Positions 52,313 through 56,655 of a stretch of DNA of 56,655 bases are shown in pieces. Source of the stretch: an uncultured Candidatus Saccharibacteria bacterium (GTDB taxonomy: Bacteria > Patescibacteriota > Saccharimonadia > UBA4664 > CAYXHD01); contig CAYXHD010000001.1 of assembly GCA_964464915.1 (NCBI GenBank), positions 1-56,655 of the forward strand, written 5' to 3'. The translations under genes were made by a program, and so were the position numbers. The notes under the pieces are model-generated. The model did no database searches and was not told where the DNA came from. It worked only from the letters and a program-made list of their open reading frames with translations. The first letter of the stretch is position 1, and every line of letters begins with the position of its first letter.

Positions 52313-52483
52313 ATGACCACTATCGTTATCAAATCAACCAAAGGGCAGTACCCCTACGTAGTCGAGATCACCGTTGAAGATAAGATGTATATCACCCGCC
52401 CGGCGGTGACACAGGAACACGCCGCGCTAATCGCTGAACAATGGCACAAACAATATCCAGAAGCACGGTTATTCTGGCAATAA
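52313..52483 (+). CDS. mini-ORF (56 aa), below the ORF-track cutoff
   Basis: TAAAGTGAAAG box and AGGAG 9 nt upstream. Followed by terminator 52501. Confidence 0.5.
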   Translation: MTTIVIKSTKGQYPYVVEITVEDKMYITRPAVTQEHAALIAEQWHKQYPEARLFWQ

Positions 52484-52500
52484 CTTAGACCACTTAGAAC

Positions 52501-52531
52501 ACCCCCGCGTTATACAGGCGGGGGTTTAATG
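52501..52531 (+). terminator. intrinsic terminator
   Basis: ACCCCCGC-n9-GCGGGGGT followed by TTTAATGTTG. Confidence 0.7.
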
Positions 52532-52558
52532 TTGATAAGATAAAGAAAGGATACCTAA

Positions 52559-52834
52559 ATGCTTCGCAAACGCAAAACACTTCAGCATAGTCCCATCGGG
52601 CGGGTGATGTACGTGAGTCAATATGCGCTACACATTACCCATGATGGGCAATGGTTCATTGATTTGAGGCGAGAATATAGTAAAAAATGGCAACATGATA
52701 TGGCTATACCAGTGCTGAGGCGTGTTGATTGTGTACTGGTGTCGAGTATAGATATTGCCGGATTGTGTTTCCCGCCATTTGAATTAGACAAATTTACTGT
52801 CACACTACCCGCTAAATTCGTATTGGAATTATAG
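52559..52834 (+). CDS. hypothetical protein (91 aa)
   Basis: AGAAAGGATA RBS context. Confidence 0.5.
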   Translation: MLRKRKTLQHSPIGRVMYVSQYALHITHDGQWFIDLRREYSKKWQHDMAIPVLRRVDCVLVSSIDIAGLCFPPFELDKFTVTLPAKFVLEL

Positions 52835-52850
52835 ATAGAAAGGATACATG

Positions 52851-53240
52851 ATGGCAGAAATTAAGGATTTAAGCGGCGGTTATTTTCAGGTGGTTATTCG
52901 CCTACATGATACTTGTTCAATCTGTGGCAAGTATTTTGTACCGGGGGAAAATAGTCTAATTGATGAGGATTCCATGTGGTCACGTAATCGCCTCGCTCGT
53001 CAATTGGGGTGGGTGACTAAAGAGCGCAAACATAAAGGTCAGTGGGTATGTATGGATTGCGTAACTAAACTGCCTCAAGAGCCTGAGATGTTTATTTGCG
53101 ATCATTGCGATAAAGAGCGCCTGTTAGAAGATGAATTACAGCGTACTCATGATGGCAATTTCTATTGTACGACGTGTTACGCAACGATGCCTGCTAAAGA
53201 GTGGGATGAGCTATTCATTGACGTATACGAATGGGACTAA
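52851..53240 (+). CDS. zinc-ribbon protein (129 aa)
   Basis: Four C-x-x-C pairs (CSIC, CMDC, CDHC, CTTC). AGAAAGGATA RBS context. An alternative ATG lies at 52848. Confidence 0.55.
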   Translation: MAEIKDLSGGYFQVVIRLHDTCSICGKYFVPGENSLIDEDSMWSRNRLARQLGWVTKERKHKGQWVCMDCVTKLPQEPEMFICDHCDKERLLEDELQRTHDGNFYCTTCYATMPAKEWDELFIDVYEWD

Positions 53241-53259
53241 ATGAAAAGGACTCCGACCG

Positions 53260-53451
53260 ATGAAACACACGTTATTTTACCTCAACATGGCCCTGACTGG
53301 CCTCGCGCTCAAAATCGGGCTGGCGTTATGCCTACTCGGTACTCTACTGCCCATCCCGTTTATCGCGTGGGCAGTCGTGGTGTTATTCATAGATAGTATG
53401 TGGTACGCGCTGATTAGTGATACTAAAGTCAAGGTGCGGTATGACGACTAA
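53260..53451 (+). CDS. small membrane protein (63 aa)
   Basis: Two hydrophobic helices. Confidence 0.5.
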   Translation: MKHTLFYLNMALTGLALKIGLALCLLGTLLPIPFIAWAVVVLFIDSMWYALISDTKVKVRYDD

Positions 53452-53668
53452 CCAACTAACCGCCCGGCAGGTGCGTTTACTGGCGAAAGCATTTACCATT
53501 ACCGACCGTGCCAACGAACGCCAACGTAAGGGGCAACCCCTGAATGATGATACATTGTTGGTGGTACTTAACAGCCTGATGGATGTCACACTCGAATGGC
53601 TACCCGCCGATGATTTAGATAAAATTGAGTGTTTGATGCGACAGATGGAGGCTAAAGCCACCCGCTAA
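53441..53668 (+). CDS. hypothetical protein (75 aa)
   Basis: AAGGTG upstream of the ATG at 53441. Confidence 0.5.
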   Translation: MTTNQLTARQVRLLAKAFTITDRANERQRKGQPLNDDTLLVVLNSLMDVTLEWLPADDLDKIECLMRQMEAKATR

Positions 53669-53696
53669 ATAATCTTTATTCTATACTTAGACTAAC

Positions 53697-53727
53697 CCGC
53701 TTAACTTGACCGTTAGGCGGTTTTTTG
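53697..53727 (+). terminator. intrinsic terminator before the packaging operon
   Basis: CCGCTTAAC-n6-GTTAGGCGG (one G-T pair) followed by TTTTTTG. Confidence 0.7.
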
Positions 53728-53751
53728 TTATGGTTATAGAATAAAGATGAG

Positions 53752-53769
53752 TTTACCGACGTCGGTAAA
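53752..53769. repeat. palindrome family copy (perfect 18-mer), intergenic
   Basis: TTTACCGACGTCGGTAAA, between terminator 53697..53727 and the RBS of the first packaging-operon gene. Confidence 0.85.
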
Positions 53770-53780
53770 AGTAAGGTGAA

Positions 53781-54017
53781 ATGACCGTATCCTTTAAAGC
53801 AACCTTCGCACCACTCGAATCAGCCATTAAAATTAGTAGCGATGGGGGAATGCGAATCACCTTAGACATCCCTGAAAGTGAACTCGCTAAAGCACTTTAT
53901 TTGTTGGAACTCAGGAACCAAGTATTTACCGTCAACATAGATAGTAAAACAGAAAATAACAATGCCATTTCAAAAAGGACAAACCGGAAATCCCAATGGA
54001 CGCCCACCCAAGAATAG
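53781..54017 (+). CDS. hypothetical protein (78 aa)
   Basis: AAGGTG RBS. Palindrome copy 53752 ends 11 nt upstream of the ATG. Confidence 0.5.
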   Translation: MTVSFKATFAPLESAIKISSDGGMRITLDIPESELAKALYLLELRNQVFTVNIDSKTENNNAISKRTNRKSQWTPTQE

Positions 54018-54324
54018 GGCGCTCACAGCCATCTTAGAGGCGGCTGGTGATAAAAAAATAACAGGGCAAGACGGCAAACAAGTAGCTCGTAAGTTATTAT
54101 TGGCTGAATTGTTATGGCAGATTGTCCAGTCAGGTAAAGCAACCTTTCCCGACGGGAAAACACTTGAGGTTACGCCGGATGATTGGTTTGGCGTGGTGCA
54201 ATTCCTTTATAAACATATTGACGGGCCTCCGCCTCAAAATGTGGATGTCACCAGCGCGGGTGAAAAATTGAATATGCCTGTTGTCTTTTTACCGCAACCG
54301 ATAACCGACGATGATAGCGAGTAA
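53962..54324 (+). CDS. putative small terminase subunit (120 aa)
   Basis: Lies immediately upstream of, and overlaps, terL. N-terminal FQKGQTGNPNGRPPKNR motif. Confidence 0.5.
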   Translation: MPFQKGQTGNPNGRPPKNRALTAILEAAGDKKITGQDGKQVARKLLLAELLWQIVQSGKATFPDGKTLEVTPDDWFGVVQFLYKHIDGPPPQNVDVTSAGEKLNMPVVFLPQPITDDDSE

Positions 54325-55645
54325 GATTGTTGACCCGCCCGGTTTTCGACCCGGCCTAGACTGGCGACCGAATAGCCTGCCTCAAGTGCGCTTTTTGCAA
54401 ACATCGGTATTTGAGGTGTTGTATGGTGGGGGTAAAGGTAGCGGCAAAACAGAGGTACTCGTTAACGGCGCGTTACGTGATATTGGCAATCCTCAGTATA
54501 ACGCGCTCATTCTACGTGATAGTTTCCCCAGCTTATCCGGGGCCGATGGGCCGATAGAACGCAGCAAACGCACTTATAAAACCTACGGGGCAACCTATAA
54601 TAAAAATGACCACGTATGGACTTTCCCCAGCGGCGCTAAAATCTACTTTGGGTTCCTAGAACGTGATGCGGATTTAGACCGTTATCAGGGCTGGCAAGTG
54701 CAACTCTTAGGCTTTGACCAATTAGAGCAGCATGATCGTGATAGATACCTTGCCTCAATATCGTTATGCCGCACGACGATAGATAGCGGCCTCAAGCCCA
54801 TCGTGCGTAATACTGCCAACCCCGGCTTAAAAGGGGACTGGGTTAAAAAGCGTTTTGTTGACGCGGATATTACAGGTAAGGCCGGATATTTTGCGCAGGT
54901 CAACAATGAAGATATTCGGGTAGACAAACATCATCCCCTAGCGCGGTCTAGGATGTACATCCATGCGTTACCGACTGACAACCCTAACTTAGACCCTGAG
55001 TACCTTAAAACACTCTACATGCTTGACCCTATCCGACAGGCTTGGTACATCCGAGGCGATTGGAACGCCGAATATAAAGACGGCGTGTATCCCAATTGGA
55101 CAGGCGACAATATCACGATTGAGGCTGATTACGTGCCGGGTTATCCGGTGTACTGGTTTGTGGATGATGGGTATACTGACCCCCGCGTGATACTCCTAGC
55201 ACAACAGCGACCATGCAAGGGTAAACCCGATCGGTTGTGTATCTTTGGGGAGTATGAACAATCGAATAAACTAGCGGCTGAATCCATTGAGGATGTTTTA
55301 ACGTGGGGCTATGCCTTGCCGGATGTGGTGTACTACGACGCCGCCGCCGCTGAATTTGCCGCGAACGCCCAAGCACGCGAACTGTACACGATAGCCGCTG
55401 AAAAGGATGTCAATCGTGGTTTGCAGATTGTACGCCGTCTGATTTGTGACCACAATCAAGAACGTATCATCCAAGTCCACCCGCGCTGTAAACGTAGCAT
55501 CGAGGCGATACCCAGCTACAGGTACAGTGAGACTAAAAAGTTACCGAGTGGAGAGCCTGCCCCTGAGCATGATAGCCAGTCGCACATCAATGACGCCTTG
55601 CGTTATGGTGCAATATCATTGTACTATTATATTGAAACGGGTTAA
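54311..55645 (+). CDS. terL: terminase large subunit (444 aa)
   Basis: Walker A VLYGGGKGSGKTE. Acidic Walker B-like LGFDQLE. Portal gene lies downstream. Confidence 0.85.
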   Translation: MIASKIVDPPGFRPGLDWRPNSLPQVRFLQTSVFEVLYGGGKGSGKTEVLVNGALRDIGNPQYNALILRDSFPSLSGADGPIERSKRTYKTYGATYNKNDHVWTFPSGAKIYFGFLERDADLDRYQGWQVQLLGFDQLEQHDRDRYLASISLCRTTIDSGLKPIVRNTANPGLKGDWVKKRFVDADITGKAGYFAQVNNEDIRVDKHHPLARSRMYIHALPTDNPNLDPEYLKTLYMLDPIRQAWYIRGDWNAEYKDGVYPNWTGDNITIEADYVPGYPVYWFVDDGYTDPRVILLAQQRPCKGKPDRLCIFGEYEQSNKLAAESIEDVLTWGYALPDVVYYDAAAAEFAANAQARELYTIAAEKDVNRGLQIVRRLICDHNQERIIQVHPRCKRSIEAIPSYRYSETKKLPSGEPAPEHDSQSHINDALRYGAISLYYYIETG

Positions 55646-55664
55646 CCTATAGGACAAAACCAAC

Positions 55665-56655
55665 ATGGCTATCACTGCCATTGATGAAGGCGTTAAAAGC
55701 GCCATCGACAAGATAGATAAACAGTCAGTCCAGTTCCGAGCGATTGGGAATGAGGCATTTACCTTTCCCGGTAACGGTGCGTTTGGCGACCTGCTGGGCT
55801 TCGGGTTACGCCTAGCAGGGGATAGTGACGGCCTTCCGGCGTGGTGGAGTCCGATTCGTGACAGACAATTGCGGGGTTATGTGCGTATGAATCCCGTGTT
55901 ATCAGCGATTGTCTATGGTGAATCAACCCGCGTGCGGAATATGAGTTATACGTTATCACTTGAGGATGGTCGGAGCCGCAAGATTAACCGCTATCATGAT
56001 TTATTGCGGGATTGCGATTTTGGCAAAGGGTTTAGAAGCCTGACTCAAAAGGTGAGTTACGATTTGTTAACACAGGATAACGGCGCGTTTATTGAACTTG
56101 TCGGGAGTGGGGGTAATCGTGATACCCAACGGGCATTAGACCGTAGCGACATTCAGACCATTGCTCATCTTGACGCCTCGCGCTGTTGGCGCACTTATGA
56201 CCCTGAGTACCCTGTTGTGTACACTAACCCGTACAACGCCAAATATCACATCATGCACCATACGCGGGTGATTATGATGTCTCAGAATGAACAGCCTGAT
56301 GAGTTGGCGCGTGGTTTGGGCTTTTGTGCAACTTCCCGCGCTTTTGAGATGGCACGTTACATCTACGACATGCAGACCTATAAACGCGAAAAGGTGAGTG
56401 GATCAAGTCCTGAGATTGGTATCTTAAACGGCATGTCTTTACCGCACTTCCTGAAAGGACTAACCGATTCAGGGCAGGCCAACCTCAATCAAGGTTTTAT
56501 CAAGTTTAAGAACACGGCGATTATCGGGCCGCCCGGTCACGGGCCGAATCAGCCGACCGCTAGCCTTGACTTGGTAGGCTTAAAATCAGTGCCGGATGGA
56601 TTCGACTTTAAAGACGAATTAACGGTGAGTATGTATCTACTTGCCGCCGCGTTCG
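55665..56655 (+). CDS. portal protein, 5' portion (open at the window end; continues at nt 1 via the circular junction at 56169/1)
   Basis: ATG at 55665 with AGGA 10 nt upstream. No stop to the end of the window. From 56170 the peptide is identical to the frame entering at nt 1. Confidence 0.8.
   Translation, partial: MAITAIDEGVKSAIDKIDKQSVQFRAIGNEAFTFPGNGAFGDLLGFGLRLAGDSDGLPAWWSPIRDRQLRGYVRMNPVLSAIVYGESTRVRNMSYTLSLEDGRSRKINRYHDLLRDCDFGKGFRSLTQKVSYDLLTQDNGAFIELVGSGGNRDTQRALDRSDIQTIAHLDASRCWRTYDPEYPVVYTNPYNAKYHIMHHTRVIMMSQNEQPDELARGLGFCATSRAFEMARYIYDMQTYKREKVSGSSPEIGILNGMSLPHFLKGLTDSGQANLNQGFIKFKNTAIIGPPGHGPNQPTASLDLVGLKSVPDGFDFKDELTVSMYLLAAAF
56170..56655. repeat. diverged terminal overlap with 1..486
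   Basis: See the feature at 1..486. Confidence 0.9.

Noticed and set aside
51925-52341. 138-aa minus-strand ORF
   Set aside because: It runs through the plus-strand promoter, leader and two RBS-preceded mini-ORFs (52121, 52313), and has no start context of its own.
53960-53980. A-AAA-AGG run as a -1 slippery site joining 53781..54017 to the small-terminase frame
   Set aside because: There are only five A residues, so it is not an X-XXY-YYZ heptamer. The downstream frame is +1, not -1, and it has its own ATG.
7933-54409. Weaker relatives of the palindrome: 7933 (TACAG-CACA-CGGTAAA), 27147 (CCCGGTGACGGTAAC), 27803 (TTTACCGTGGTCGGGG), 28329 (ACCG-ACT-CGGTA, 3-nt centre), 48365 (TACCG-N6-CGGTAAA), 48818 (TAACCGACGTGGTTTAA) and 54394 (TTTGCAAACATCGGTA)
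   Set aside because: Each has an arm mismatch or the wrong spacing. They were not counted in the family, although 27147..28341 would partly fill the tail-region gap if they are decayed copies.
1-56655. Lysogeny module (integrase, excisionase, CI/Cro switch) or attP
   Set aside because: No tyrosine or serine recombinase motifs were found in any ORF. The HTH proteins are not arranged as a divergent repressor pair.

Overview
The window is a complete, circularly permuted genome of a tailed dsDNA phage with siphovirus-like gene order. The unit length is about 56,169 bp. The last 486 nt re-enter the portal gene that opens the window, at about 89% nucleotide identity but with an identical peptide.

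Rightward late region: a small-terminase-like gene, terL and a portal fused to a Mu F-like domain. Virion-accessory genes follow, including two tandem paralogs and a protein with 15 repeats of 23 aa. Next come an HNH homing cassette, tRNA-Leu(UAA), a protease/scaffold gene, the major capsid gene and a moron cluster with a second HNH. A 5.3-kb glycosyltransferase/methyltransferase island sits before the tail genes: a tail-tube candidate, a chaperone pair, a 1061-aa tape measure, distal-tail and fibre genes, and two membrane proteins.

Early and replication regions: a leftward early operon (30.2-35.0 kb) carries a DndC-like PP-loop enzyme. Back-to-back consensus promoters at 35.0 kb start a rightward early operon. 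A leftward SNF2-helicase/DNA-methyltransferase fusion (39.7-42.2 kb) is followed by a rightward replication/recombination region. That region encodes an initiator-like protein, a Toprim + DnaB-like primase-helicase, a degenerate RNase H-like protein, a Bro/DinD-like protein, RusA, a SLOG/DUF2493 protein and a dual-HTH regulator. I found no integrase, DNA polymerase or recognisable endolysin.

Strongest unexplained signals:
- 14 dispersed copies of the palindrome TTTACCG-N4-CGGTAAA, at operon borders and written in-frame into protein linkers.
- A reused sigma70-type promoter plus leader cassette (ATAAAGTGAAGTG box) in front of unrelated small ORFs.
- An in-frame TAG splitting a GT2 domain.
- A homing-endonuclease insertion that duplicated the 3' end of its host gene.
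- An orphan DndC-like enzyme.

All calls are by eye from the sequence and the ORF track. No database search was run.
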